64,000 nt of DNA from an uncultured delta proteobacterium (GCA_963817385.1 CAWFOM010000006.1:245242-309241), one strand, 5' to 3'; shown: positions 1 through 10,524, counted from the stretch's first letter. Notes: generated by a model from the sequence alone, not told the origin. Made by a program: numbers and translations.

Positions 1-31
1 GCTCATCGATGCAGAGGCCGTCAAGGATTGA
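1..31 (+). CDS. 3' end of an upstream gene (partial, ...LIDAEAVKD*)
   Basis: Open frame ending in TGA at 29-31, co-oriented with the downstream operon; too short to identify. Confidence 0.4.
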   Translation, partial: LIDAEAVKD

Positions 32-232
32 CGGCTAGGGAAGAAGTCCCTGTGCGGCAGCGCTTAGGCTGCATTCTTCCCCGGCTTTCGCCGGGGCAGG
101 CTTGCGGCGTGCGCAAGAGAGTACGGCGCATTCCTCAGGCCATGCGCGCCTTGCCTCGGGAGCTTTTACCCGAAGCAGTCTTGAGGTCGGCGGCCGGCGT
201 TGGGAGATCGGCACCAGGGACGGCTTTTTGCC
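32..232. repeat. Long imperfect intergenic hairpin (REP/MITE-like)
   Basis: Ends CGGCTAGGGAAGAAGTCCCTGTGC and GCACCAGGGACGGCTTTTTGCCG are imperfect inverted repeats; inner arms AGGCTGCATTC/GAAGCAGTCTT also pair. Confidence 0.45.
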
Positions 233-256
233 GGGGAGCATAAGAGGAACAGTGAG

Positions 257-1523
257 ATGAAATTTAGATTGATCTATCCCCGCTGGAAGAAACTGGACCG
301 GCAGACCGAGTTCCACTTGCCGCCGCACGGTCCGGTGGTCTTCGCCGCCGCCCTTCCCGCGGAGTGGAAGGTGGAATTCATCGATGAAAACGTCGAGCCC
401 CTCCCTGCGGAGGGCGCCCCCGATGTCGTCGGCATCTCCATGATGCTGACCGGCCAGGTGAAACGGGGATGGGAGATCGCTGATGAGTACCGCAGCCGGG
501 GCGTTCCGGTGATCTGCGGGGGGATCGGGACGATGCTCCACGCCGAAGAGACGATGAAGCACGCCGATGCCGTCTTCCTCGGGGAGGCGGAAGGGCGGAT
601 GGGGCAGCTCCTCGCGGACTGGCAAAACGGCTGCCTGAAGGCCGTCTACGACTACTTCGGCGATCATCCGCCGACGGGAGCCATCGGTCCGGCCCGGCGC
701 GATATCCTGAAGAGGGATCTCTACAATTACAAGGGGATCCAAATGGTGGATCTCGTCCACGCCTCCCGCGGCTGCCGGTTCAACTGCTATCCCTGCTGCG
801 TGAGCTACCTGGGGGGGCGGCAGTTCCGTCCCCGCCCCGTGGAAACGGTGATCGCGGAGATGGCCGCGAATCGACAACAACCGCCTCTTCATCGTGGACA
901 ATTCGCTCGCGCAGGACCGCCAGTGGGAGATCGACCTCTTCCGCGAGATGATCCCCCTGAAGAAGAAGTGGTGCTGCCATCCCATCGAGGAGGACGACGA
1001 GGTCCTGGATCTGGCCGCCCAGGCCGGGGCCTGGTACGTCTACCAGGCCGTGTTCGATACGTCGGACCACATCCGCCGGCGGATCAAGCGCTATCACGAC
1101 CACGGCATCGCCGTGGAGGGGACGGTTCTTTTAGGTCTCGACCAGCACACCGAAGACGGCATCAAGCGGCTCATCGATTTTCTCCTGGAGGTTGAACTGG
1201 ACCTGGCGGAATTCACCATCCTCACCCCCTTTCCCCATACCCGGACATTCGAGGAGTTCGAGCGGGAGAAGCGGATCCTGACCTACGACTGGAATGCCTA
1301 TACGGCCGACCAGGTCGTCTTTCAGCCGCGGCAGATGAGCCCGGAGCGTCTCCAGGAGCTCTACGCCTACGCCTGGGAGACCTTCTACCGCGACGAGCCC
1401 CAGAACTACAAGATGTTCAAGCTCTTTAAAAGGGTCGTGGAAAGGGAGAAGGAGGACGGGTCTTTCCGGCCCCGGCGGCGGGAGCTGGCGGTCCGCCGGT
1501 TCGGCCGCGGGGATGAAGGATGA
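257..1523 (+). CDS. B12-binding radical SAM protein (class B methyltransferase-like), +1 frameshift near 868
   Basis: N-terminal cobalamin-binding region (VGIS...GG...GEAE) and CxxxCxxC motif SRGCRFNCYPC; continues in ORF 894..1523 after one extra A. Confidence 0.85.
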
Positions 1524-1538
1524 GCATGGGGTTTATTG

Positions 1539-1609
1539 GCGCTCAGACAGTTGCCTTTGCGGTCGCTCCGCTGCGACGGCAGGGTGCCCCGAAAAACATT
1601 AAAATCGCG
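1539..1609. repeat. Right-half copy of the 5408-5581 palindromic element
   Basis: 24 bp GCGCTCAGACAGTTGCCTTTGCGG identical to 5490-5513; similarity continues to AAATCGCG. Confidence 0.8.
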
Positions 1610-1655
1610 CTGCATGATCCCATGTTTCTCAATGAAAATATGTAAAGAGGATGAC

Positions 1656-3209
1656 ATGACGAGGAAGGGAAAAGAAGCCAAGGCAGTGACGGTGGGGGAG
1701 GGGCCGCTGGATCTGGCCGGGATCATCGCCGTGGCCCGGCGGGGGGCGCCGGTCGTCCTGAGCGGGAAGGCCGCATTTCACAAGCGGGTCGAGTCGTCCC
1801 GCCGGCTCCTCCAGAAGGCCATCGAGGCCGATATCCCGGTCTACGGGGTTACCACGGGGTACGGGAAGTCGTGCGGGAACCGGCTGAGCAGGAAATCCCT
1901 CCCGACAAACGGGGATAACCTCATGCGTTTCCACGGCTGCGGGACGGGGGAGCCGCTCGGCGGCGATGAGACGCGGGCGGCGATGCTCTGCCGGCTCCTC
2001 TGCCTGGCGCGGGGGTATTCGGGGGTCTCCTTTCCCCTTCTTGAACAGTTGACCGCCTTTCTCAACCTGGGGATCACCCCGGTCATCCCCTCCGAGGGGT
2101 CGGTGGGCGCCTCGGGCGATCTCACCCCGCTTTCTTACCTCCTGGCGGCACTTGCCGGGGAGCGCGAGGTCTTCTACCGGGGGGAACGGATGCCGTCGGC
2201 GCGGGCGCTGCGCGAGGCGAAGCTGAAGCCCTACACCTGCCAGCCGAAGGAGCCGCTTGCCATGGTCAACGGGACCTCCGTCATGACCGGGATCGCGGCC
2301 GTCGTCCTCGACAGGACACACCATCTTCTCGAAGCGGCGATTGCCGCCTCCGCCCTGAGCGTCCACGCCTTTATGGGGAAGGCGCACCATTACCACCCTG
2401 CCATCGGGGAGGCGAAACCCTTCCCGGGGCAGATTCACGTCGCTGCGAAATTGCGGGAGCTCCTGGCGGCCGGAAGATCAGGGGCGGCTCTCGAGGCGGA
2501 AGGGCCGGATACCCTGCAGGATCCCTACTCGCTGCGTTGCGCCCCCCAGATCATGGGCGTCCTGGCCGACGCCCTGGCCTGGATACAGCCATGGGTGGAG
2601 ATAGAAGCGAACAGCGCCAACGACAACCCCCTCTTTGACCGGTCGGCGGACCATCCCCTGATGGGGGGAAATTTCTACGGGGGGCACATCGCCTTTGCGA
2701 TGGACGCCCTGAAATCCGCACTGGCGTCTCTGGCCGACATGGCGGATCGGCAGGTCGCGCTCCTGGTCAATCCCAACGTGAATAGGGGTCTCCCGGCCGA
2801 TCTCGTCCGTCTGACCGGGGAGGCCCGGTTTCATCACCACGGGTTCAAGGCCATGTCGATTTCCGCCTCCGCCCTGACGGCCGAAGCCCTCAAGGCGACG
2901 ATGCCGGCCGCCTCCTTCTCCCGTTCGACCGAATCCCACAACCAGGACAAGGTCAGCATGGGGACCATCGCCGCCCGCGACGCGGCCCGGATCTGTACCC
3001 TCGCGGAGCGGGTCGTGGCCATCCACCTCATGGCCGCCGTCCAGGCCGTTGAGATCCGGGGACGCGTGGAGGCCCGGCCCTGCCTGGCCTCGCTGGTGAA
3101 GAAGATCCGCCTTCTGGTTGGACCGACCTTCGAGGACCGTCCCATGGATGCCGACATCGAGGCCCTGGCTGAGCGGATATCGACCACGGGTTTCCCGGGG
3201 GAGGGCTGA
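1656..3209 (+). CDS. Aromatic amino acid ammonia-lyase (HAL/PAL/TAL family)
   Basis: MIO-forming GASGDL; YGVTTGYG, QDPYSLRC, DNP and HNQDKVSMG motifs. Confidence 0.93.
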   Translation: MTRKGKEAKAVTVGEGPLDLAGIIAVARRGAPVVLSGKAAFHKRVESSRRLLQKAIEADIPVYGVTTGYGKSCGNRLSRKSLPTNGDNLMRFHGCGTGEPLGGDETRAAMLCRLLCLARGYSGVSFPLLEQLTAFLNLGITPVIPSEGSVGASGDLTPLSYLLAALAGEREVFYRGERMPSARALREAKLKPYTCQPKEPLAMVNGTSVMTGIAAVVLDRTHHLLEAAIAASALSVHAFMGKAHHYHPAIGEAKPFPGQIHVAAKLRELLAAGRSGAALEAEGPDTLQDPYSLRCAPQIMGVLADALAWIQPWVEIEANSANDNPLFDRSADHPLMGGNFYGGHIAFAMDALKSALASLADMADRQVALLVNPNVNRGLPADLVRLTGEARFHHHGFKAMSISASALTAEALKATMPAASFSRSTESHNQDKVSMGTIAARDAARICTLAERVVAIHLMAAVQAVEIRGRVEARPCLASLVKKIRLLVGPTFEDRPMDADIEALAERISTTGFPGEG

Positions 3210-3628
3210 TGGAAACGCCGAAACGACCGAGTTACGAGGTAACGCTCAAGGTGCCCTTTTACGATCTCGACCCGATGCAGATCGTCTGGCATGGGAACTA
3301 TCTCAAGTATTTCGATATCGCCCGTTCGGAGCTTTTCGACCACCTGGGCGTGGACCTCTTCGCCTTTCATGACCGGACCCGCTATATCTTCCCGATCATC
3401 CGCACCGCCGTCAAACACATCCGTCCGCTGAAGCGCGGCGATGAGTTCGTCTGCCGGGCGACGGTGAAGGAGGCCCGTACCAAGATCGTCGTAATCTTTG
3501 AGATCCGTCTCGTCAAAGATGGGACGCTCTGCGCCCGGGGATCAACGGAACAGGTGGCCGTCCGGGAACCGGAAATGGAGATGGAATTCACGATCCCGGA
3601 GGAGATCAGCCGGGCCCTGGGGTTCTGA
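3209..3628 (+). CDS. Acyl-CoA/ACP thioesterase (4HBT/YbgC hotdog family)
   Basis: FYDLDPMQIVWHGNYLKYFDIAR motif; start overlaps the upstream stop. Confidence 0.9.
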   Translation: METPKRPSYEVTLKVPFYDLDPMQIVWHGNYLKYFDIARSELFDHLGVDLFAFHDRTRYIFPIIRTAVKHIRPLKRGDEFVCRATVKEARTKIVVIFEIRLVKDGTLCARGSTEQVAVREPEMEMEFTIPEEISRALGF

Positions 3629-3629
3629 C

Positions 3630-5348
3630 ATGGATGCGCCTTTCGCACCGGCCCTGATCACCGGCGTCGAGCGCGTCACCGCCTGGGCGGACCTCCTGGA
3701 CGAAATCAACGTCTTTCCCGTGGCCGACGGCGATACGGGTCGGAACCTTGTCATCAGCCTCGCACCCCTCCGTCGGATCGCCCTGGGTCGGGAACAGACC
3801 GTCCGGGAGCTTCTCCTTTCGGCGCGGGGGAACTCGGGCAACATCGCCGCCCAGTTCTTTTCCGGCCTCCTCATGGCCGATGCTATCGAGAACATGGCTG
3901 CTGCGATTCGGCAGGGCCGGGACCGGGCGTGGCGGGCGGTCCACGACCCAAAGCCCGGCACGATGCTGACGGTCTTCGACGCCCTCGTCGCGGCTATGGA
4001 AGAGAAGCCGATGGCGTATGATGCCGGGTGGCGGGAACGGGTCGTCGGGCGACTGGAAGACGCCGTCCGCTCCACCCCGGAGCTTCTCCCCCGACTCAAG
4101 ACCGCCGGCGTCGTCGATGCCGGGGCCCTCGGGGCCTTCATCTTTCTGGACGGGTTTTTCGCATCGCTCGTGGGAACGGGCGACGCGCTTCGGCCGATCA
4201 CCGAGATCTTTCAGGATCATCTCAAGATCTCCCCGGCCTTCCGGGAGGAAGGCGAAACGGGGTACTGCATCGACACGGTGCTGGAGATCGGCGGGGATGA
4301 CGCGGATACGGCACGGCGGCTCGCCGCCGTCGGGGATAGCGTCGTTGTCCTTCGGGACGGGGGGTTTCTCAAGGTCCACCTCCATGCGACGGACGGGGAG
4401 AAGGTCAGGAGCGATCTCGCGGCCCTGGGGGAGGTTCTCCGGTGGTCCGCCGATGACCTGGACGCCCAGGTCCATGCCTTCCGCAAGCGGCCAGTCGACC
4501 GGGCGCTGCACATCATGACGGACGCCGCGGGCTCCGTGAACCGCGAACACGCGGCGGAATTGGGGATCACTCTCCTTTCGAGCTATATCTCCATCGGGGA
4601 GCGATCGCTTCCCGAGACCCATCTCGCCCCGGAGGAGCTCTACACGGCGATGCGCCAAGGCGTCAAGGTTTCCACCTCCCAGGCCTCGCTCTTCGAGCGC
4701 CATGAGTGCTATCGGAGCGTCCTGAACCGCCATCCCCGGGTCCTCTACCTCTCCGTCGGTTCCGTCTTCACCGGGAACTTTGCTGCAGCGACCGACTGGA
4801 AAAGGGATCACGATCCGGAGGATCGCTTTACCGTCCTCGATACCGGGGCGGCCTCGGGGCGTTTGGGGCTTCTGGCCGTTGCCGTCGCCCGTTTCGCCCG
4901 CGACGCGCGGGACGCCGAGGCGGTGATCGGTTTCGCCCGAGCCGGCGTGGAGCAGTGCGACGAGTATGTCTTCCTCGATAAGCTCCAGTACCTGGCGGCC
5001 GGCGGGCGCCTCTCCAAGAGCGGCGCCTTCTTCGGCGACATGCTCCATATGAAACCGATCATTTCTCCCCAGGCGGACGGGGCCAGGAAAGTGGGAGTCG
5101 TCCGGGATCGGGCCGGGCAGCTGCGGTTCGCCCTGGAAAAGCTGGAAGAGGCGTTGAAAGGGGAGGGGAGGGCCCTCATCATGCTCGAGTACACCGACAA
5201 CGCCCCCTGGGTCATCGAAACGGTGCGGCCCGAGATCGCGCGGCGGTATCCGAAGGCGGAGATCCTCCTCCATCCCATGTCCCTGACCTCAGGGGCGCAC
5301 ATGGGACCGGGGACGTGGGCGGTGGCTTTTCTGCCGGCCGGAGAGTAA
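3630..5348 (+). CDS. DAK2 + DegV fusion (FakA-FakB-like fatty acid kinase/binding protein)
   Basis: N-terminal INVFPVADGDTGRN, ARGNSG, GTMLTV, VVDAGA, KVHLH; C-terminal IMTD, VSTSQ, LQYLAAGGRL, KPII, GAHMGPG. Confidence 0.88.
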   Translation: MDAPFAPALITGVERVTAWADLLDEINVFPVADGDTGRNLVISLAPLRRIALGREQTVRELLLSARGNSGNIAAQFFSGLLMADAIENMAAAIRQGRDRAWRAVHDPKPGTMLTVFDALVAAMEEKPMAYDAGWRERVVGRLEDAVRSTPELLPRLKTAGVVDAGALGAFIFLDGFFASLVGTGDALRPITEIFQDHLKISPAFREEGETGYCIDTVLEIGGDDADTARRLAAVGDSVVVLRDGGFLKVHLHATDGEKVRSDLAALGEVLRWSADDLDAQVHAFRKRPVDRALHIMTDAAGSVNREHAAELGITLLSSYISIGERSLPETHLAPEELYTAMRQGVKVSTSQASLFERHECYRSVLNRHPRVLYLSVGSVFTGNFAAATDWKRDHDPEDRFTVLDTGAASGRLGLLAVAVARFARDARDAEAVIGFARAGVEQCDEYVFLDKLQYLAAGGRLSKSGAFFGDMLHMKPIISPQADGARKVGVVRDRAGQLRFALEKLEEALKGEGRALIMLEYTDNAPWVIETVRPEIARRYPKAEILLHPMSLTSGAHMGPGTWAVAFLPAGE

Positions 5349-5407
5349 AAGGGAGTTGTCGGGCCATGAAAGAGCATGTCAAATTGATACCTCAAGAAGG
5401 CAATGTT

Positions 5408-5581
5408 GGAAAACAGATCCCTCCGCGCTCAGGATCTTTTTCCGACCCTGCACCTCCTCGCTGCGCTGCAAGGCAAAACTCGCGCTAAAGCGCTCAGACA
5501 GTTGCCTTTGCGGGCGCTCCGCTCGTGGGGCAGGGTACCCCGGAAAAATTTCCAAATCGCGTTTCCGGGATCAGGTTTTCC
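5408..5581. repeat. ~174-bp imperfect palindrome (MITE/REP-like)
   Basis: GGAAAACAGATCCC / GGGATCAGGTTTTCC termini; inner arms TTTTTCCGACCCTGC / GCAGGGTACCCCGGAAAAA and GCAAGGCAA / TTGCCTTTGC. Confidence 0.75.
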
Positions 5582-5675
5582 CCCTGCCACGTCATGCGCC
5601 GGTGATTTTGAAAAAGAAGGGCAGATACCTATTTTCGGGATCCGATTCCCCGTCGCGCAGGACTCTGAGGACCTT

Positions 5676-6389
5676 ATGAACAGCGCCATGACCGGCCGCT
5701 TTGCGATCCTCATCCCGGTGTACAATCATGCCGAAGGCGTCGTCCCGGTGATCGAACGGGCCCGGGGGCTGGGGCTTCCGATCTGGGTCGTCGATGACGG
5801 CTCGACCGATGCGACGGCCGCAAATCTCGAAGGGATCAGAGGGATCACGGTGATCCGGCATGAACAAAACCGCGGCAAGGGGGCGGCCCTCCTCACCGGC
5901 TTTGCAGCCCTTGCGGGAAAGGCCGACTGGGCCATCACGCTGGACGCCGACGGGCAGCACGACCCCGGAGACGTTCCCGGCCTGATCCGGGCGATCCCCG
6001 CCGGGGTTCGTCCCCTTATCATCGGCCGGCGGGAGGGGATGGTCGGGGCGGACGTTCCCTGGACGAGCCGCTTCGGGAGGAAGTTCTCCAATTTCTGGGT
6101 CCGATGCGCCGGCGGGCCTTTGCTGACCGATACGCAGAGCGGGATGCGGATCTACCCCCTACCGGAGGCAGCGGGGCTCGGGGTCCGGGCGCGCCGCTTC
6201 CAGTTCGAAGTGGAGATCCTCGTCCGGGCCCGGTGGGCCGGGATTCCCGTCGTCGAGGCGCCGGTCGGCGTCTCCTACAGGCCCGGGATGAGGCGGGTAT
6301 CGCATTTCCGCCCCTTCGTCGATTTCTGCCGGAACTCGGCGACCTTCACCCGGCTGATTTTCCTGCGGATCATGGGGCGAGGGAAATAG
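5676..6389 (+). CDS. Glycosyltransferase family 2 (aryl-polyene cluster type)
   Basis: LIPVYN, VVDDGSTD, NRGKGAAL, LDADGQH, DTQSGMRIYPL, VSHFRPFVD. Confidence 0.92.
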   Translation: MNSAMTGRFAILIPVYNHAEGVVPVIERARGLGLPIWVVDDGSTDATAANLEGIRGITVIRHEQNRGKGAALLTGFAALAGKADWAITLDADGQHDPGDVPGLIRAIPAGVRPLIIGRREGMVGADVPWTSRFGRKFSNFWVRCAGGPLLTDTQSGMRIYPLPEAAGLGVRARRFQFEVEILVRARWAGIPVVEAPVGVSYRPGMRRVSHFRPFVDFCRNSATFTRLIFLRIMGRGK

Positions 6390-6399
6390 GGGGGAGAGA

Positions 6400-9300
6400 G
6401 TGTTTTTCCAACGTTACCGTTTCCGCTGGTCCCTGATCGCCGCCATTGCGGCGGTCCTGGGGGCCGTCCTGTTCTACGAATCCGCCGGCATCCGGATCGA
6501 AACGGACATCCTCGCCTCGATGCCCCGCCACGATCCCGTCCTGGCCGACGCCTACCGTGTCGTCCGTCATCTCCCCGCCCAGAACCGGCTGATCGTCGAT
6601 TGCGCAATAAACGGTGGGGACCGGGACGTCCTGGTCGTCGCGGGCGACCTGATCGAGGCCGGACTTCGGGAGAGCGGCCTCTTCCGTGAGGTCGGAGCAG
6701 GACAGATGGAGACCTTCTTCCCCGAACTCGTCGCCCATGTGGCGGGCCATCTTCCTTTGCTCTTCGACGGACCGCAGTTGGAGGCCCAGATCGCGCCGCT
6801 CCTCGCGCCATCCGAACTGCGTCGGATCCTTTCGGAGGACCTCAAGGCGCTCCAGGGGCTCGAAGGGATCGGCCAGGCCGACCTTATCGCCCGCGACCCC
6901 CTCGGCCTCAGAAACCTGGTCCTGGCTCGGATGGCCCAGCTCCTTCCGAGCAGAGACGCCCAGCTCTACCGGGGGAAGATTTTCTCCCGCGACGGCGCCC
7001 ATCTGCTCATCATCGCGGAGCTCAAAGGCGCCGCGACCGATGCCGCCTCTTCCCGGGCGATTCCCCCGCTCATCGATACGCTTGCGGAGCGGCTTAACGC
7101 GCGGCATCAAACCGGAAGCGCCCGGTTCACCCTGACTCCGGCCGGGGCCTACCGCGCCGCCCTGGACAACGAGAACGCCGCGCGGCGGGACATGCGGGGG
7201 GCGATCCTCCTGACGACGCTGGGAATCGCCTTTCTGCTCGTCATCACTTTTCCCCGGCCCCTCATCGGGCTTCTGGCGCTCCTCCCGTCGACGGTCGGGG
7301 CCGTCTTCGCGCTTCTGGTCTGTTCGTTTTTCTTCCCCTCCCTCTCGATCCTGGCGGTCAGTTTCGGCGGGGCGATCATGGCCTTCACGGTGGATCTGGG
7401 GATCACCTATCTGCTCTTCCTCGACCGCCCCTGCCAGGTCTCGGGGAGGCAGGCGGCCCGCGAGGTCCAGTCGGGGGAGATCCTGGCCGCCCTGACGACG
7501 ATCGGCGCGTTTCTCCTGCTCTTGCTGAGCAAATTCAGCGTCCTGGCCGAGATCGGCCTCTTCTCCGCCCTGGGAGTGGCCTTCACGTACGCCTTTGTTC
7601 ATTGGGTCTTCCCCATGATCTTTCCCGTCATGCCGCCGGCCCTGAAGCCCCGGAGCCCATGGCTCGGACGGATCCTCGACGGGATCGCCCTGTCGGGAGG
7701 GAAAGCAAAACTCGCCGCGGCCGCGCTCTTCTTTACGACCATGCTCTTCTTCGCCCGCCCCGTCTTTCTCGTCGACATCAACGCCATGAACTCCCTGAGT
7801 GACGAGACGATTTCTGCGGATCGGACCCTCCAGCAGGTCTGGGGGGACCTGACGAGCCGGGTCTACGTGATGACCGAGGGAAAGAATAGTGTCGAGCTCC
7901 AAGCAAAAAGCGACCGCCTGGCCGGGATGTTCCGGGAGGATGTCAAACGGGGGACGATCAATGCAGCCTTCCTCCTCTCCGATCTTTTCCCCGGGGAGGA
8001 ACTTGCGCGCCGCCGCGCGGCGGACTGGCAGGCCTTCTGGACGGCTGCGCGGATCGCGGACCTCCGGCGGGAGTTCTTGCGGGCGGGACGGGAGCTGGGG
8101 TTCGCCCCGAACGCCTTTGCCCCCTTCGCTGCCCTGCTGACCGGGCCGCCGCCGGCTGCCGCCCCCGTCCCGGAGAACCTCATGGGCTTCCTTGGGATAG
8201 CGGCGGAGAAATCCTCGATGGTTCAGGTGTCCATGGTGACGCCGGGGCCGGCCTATGATGCGAACGCCTTCTTTGCCCGCTATTCCAAAACCGATCTGGC
8301 GAACCTCTTTGATGCGGGGCTCTTCAACCGCCGCCTGGGGGAGATCCTCGTTTCACTCTTTACCGAGATCGCCGTTGTCACGGCCTTCGGGATCGTTCTC
8401 GTTGTCTTCCTCTTTTTTCTCGAATGGCGGCTCTCCCTTGTCGTCCTGGCGCCGGTGGCCTTCGCCCTCGTGGGCACCCTGGGGACCCTGAAGCTCCTGG
8501 GCCGCCCGGTCGACATCCCGGGGATCATGCTCTGGATCGTTATCATGGGGATGGGGATCGACTACGGGATATACTACACTTGCTCCTACCAGCGGTATCT
8601 CGACGAACGCCATCCTTCGATGAGTCTGATCCGCCAGGCAATGTTCCTGGCGGGGGCGACGACGCTGATCGGCTTCGGCGTCTTGGCCCTGGCGAAACAC
8701 GCGGTCCTCAAGAGCATCGGCCTGACGTCGCTCCTGGGGATCGCCTATTCGCTCGTCGGGGCCTTTCTGATCGTTCCCCCGCTCGTGAAGCGGGTGCTGG
8801 TTCCCGTCGAGCTCCCCCCGGAAACGCTCGAAGCCGGATCGCGGCGCCACACCGAACGGACGCTCCTGCGGTATAGCACCATCGAAACCACGCCCCGCCT
8901 CTTCGCCCGCTGGAAGCTCCGGCTGGACCCGATGTTCCCCCGCCTGGCCGCCTTTATGAAGGACCCGAGGCGCATCCTCGACATCGGGTGCGGCTACGGC
9001 GTCCCCTCGGTCTGGCTCCTGGAACTCTTTCCCTCGGCCACGGTCTCCTGCATCGATCCCGACGGGGAGCGCATCCGGGTGGCCGGGCGCGCTCTCGGAC
9101 CGCGGGGGGAGGCCCGGACGGGCCGGGCGCCCGGAATCGGAGGACTTCCCGACGGCGCCGATACGGCGCTCATCCTCGACGTCATCCACATGCTCGACGA
9201 CGGTGAGCTTCGGGAAACCCTGGCCATCCTCAACGAGAAGCTCATCCCCGGAGGCCGGCTCGTCATCCGGACGACGATCCCGGCGGGCGGTGGGCGCCCC

Positions 9301-9492
9301 TGGATGCGATGGATCGAAGAGCGCCGCCTGAAACGGCATCGTCTCTCGCCCTGTTACCGAAGCCGCGAGCACCTGGAAACGATGATCCGCGCCGCGGGCT
9401 TTGAGATTGTAACGATGGAGCAGGCGGCGCCGCTGAGCGAGGAGATCTGGTTTATCGCAGACCGGCGCGCACCCGGAGAGACATCGCCATGA
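6400..9492 (+). CDS. MMPL/RND-type lipid exporter fused to a C-terminal class I SAM methyltransferase
   Basis: Two multi-TM blocks with periplasmic loops (DPLG, GMGIDYG, TTLIGFGVL); C-terminal ILDIGCGYG and LDVIHML. Confidence 0.85.
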   Translation: MFFQRYRFRWSLIAAIAAVLGAVLFYESAGIRIETDILASMPRHDPVLADAYRVVRHLPAQNRLIVDCAINGGDRDVLVVAGDLIEAGLRESGLFREVGAGQMETFFPELVAHVAGHLPLLFDGPQLEAQIAPLLAPSELRRILSEDLKALQGLEGIGQADLIARDPLGLRNLVLARMAQLLPSRDAQLYRGKIFSRDGAHLLIIAELKGAATDAASSRAIPPLIDTLAERLNARHQTGSARFTLTPAGAYRAALDNENAARRDMRGAILLTTLGIAFLLVITFPRPLIGLLALLPSTVGAVFALLVCSFFFPSLSILAVSFGGAIMAFTVDLGITYLLFLDRPCQVSGRQAAREVQSGEILAALTTIGAFLLLLLSKFSVLAEIGLFSALGVAFTYAFVHWVFPMIFPVMPPALKPRSPWLGRILDGIALSGGKAKLAAAALFFTTMLFFARPVFLVDINAMNSLSDETISADRTLQQVWGDLTSRVYVMTEGKNSVELQAKSDRLAGMFREDVKRGTINAAFLLSDLFPGEELARRRAADWQAFWTAARIADLRREFLRAGRELGFAPNAFAPFAALLTGPPPAAAPVPENLMGFLGIAAEKSSMVQVSMVTPGPAYDANAFFARYSKTDLANLFDAGLFNRRLGEILVSLFTEIAVVTAFGIVLVVFLFFLEWRLSLVVLAPVAFALVGTLGTLKLLGRPVDIPGIMLWIVIMGMGIDYGIYYTCSYQRYLDERHPSMSLIRQAMFLAGATTLIGFGVLALAKHAVLKSIGLTSLLGIAYSLVGAFLIVPPLVKRVLVPVELPPETLEAGSRRHTERTLLRYSTIETTPRLFARWKLRLDPMFPRLAAFMKDPRRILDIGCGYGVPSVWLLELFPSATVSCIDPDGERIRVAGRALGPRGEARTGRAPGIGGLPDGADTALILDVIHMLDDGELRETLAILNEKLIPGGRLVIRTTIPAGGGRPWMRWIEERRLKRHRLSPCYRSREHLETMIRAAGFEIVTMEQAAPLSEEIWFIADRRAPGETSP

Positions 9493-10400
9493 AGGATTTC
9501 TTCTACCGCTGCCTCATGTTTCTGGCGAGGAGATTCGGGAGCTGGATCTTTCTCCTGATCGCCTGGCACGTGGCGCTGGGGTATTTTCTCTTCTTTCCCC
9601 GCCGCGTTGCTGTGAGCGTCCGCTTCTACCGCCGCCTCTTTCCGGAGCGCCCGCGCCGGCACGCCCTGTGGTGCGCCTGGCAGCAGTATCACCATTTCGT
9701 CCATGTCTTCCTCGACCGATTCCTCCTGCTGGAAGGTGCTGAGCTCGAAACGACGTATGAGGGATGGGAGCACATCGTCGCGGCGACCCGAAGCGGCCGC
9801 GGGGGGGTCATCCTCATGTCCCATGTGGGGAGCTGGGAGATCGCCGCCCACCTCCTCAGGCGTTACGGTCAGAGCGATCAGAGCATGAAGCTGATGCTCT
9901 ACCTGGGGGCGAAACACCGGGAACAGATCGAGCGGCGGCAGAAGAAGAGCATAGAAAAAAGCGGCATCCGTATCGTCTCGGTTCCGGAGGACGGGGGATC
10001 GGCCATGGACATCCTGGAGGGGCTGAAGTTTCTCCGGGAGGGGGGATTGGTCTCCCTGACGGGGGACCGGCTGTGGGGCCGGGAGCAGAAGGCCGTCACC
10101 GTCCGGTTTGCCGGCTGCCGGGCCCGGGTCCCGGAGATCCCCTACATCCTGGCGATGATGTCCGGGGCGCCGCTCCTGATTTTTTTCGGGTACCGCACGG
10201 GCAGGGGGAGGTATCATCTCGTCACGAGTCCGCCCATCACTGTCGCTGCGGCTTCCCGCGGCGAGCGGCGCAAGGCCGTCGAGGCTGCCGCCCAGGCCTA
10301 TGCCGATCTCCTTGTTGAGACGGTCCGCGCCCATCCCTACGAGTGGTACCACTTCGATCCCTTCCTGTTGAAGCCGGGCTGCGCGGAAGAGGATAAATAA
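9489..10400 (+). CDS. Lysophospholipid acyltransferase family (LpxL-like)
   Basis: SHVGSWE catalytic motif, GDR, V-F-G, PYEWYHFDPF C-terminus. Confidence 0.88.
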   Translation: MKDFFYRCLMFLARRFGSWIFLLIAWHVALGYFLFFPRRVAVSVRFYRRLFPERPRRHALWCAWQQYHHFVHVFLDRFLLLEGAELETTYEGWEHIVAATRSGRGGVILMSHVGSWEIAAHLLRRYGQSDQSMKLMLYLGAKHREQIERRQKKSIEKSGIRIVSVPEDGGSAMDILEGLKFLREGGLVSLTGDRLWGREQKAVTVRFAGCRARVPEIPYILAMMSGAPLLIFFGYRTGRGRYHLVTSPPITVAAASRGERRKAVEAAAQAYADLLVETVRAHPYEWYHFDPFLLKPGCAEEDK

Positions 10401-10524
10401 GATTCATCCGGCTGACGCGGCACTTTGATGATCGAGGATGAGATCAAAGGCCTATAGCAAGCAACCTTATTACAAATGTTGGTGGACGGGGTACGATAAA
10501 ATCTAACAATTACCGTTTGAAAGT

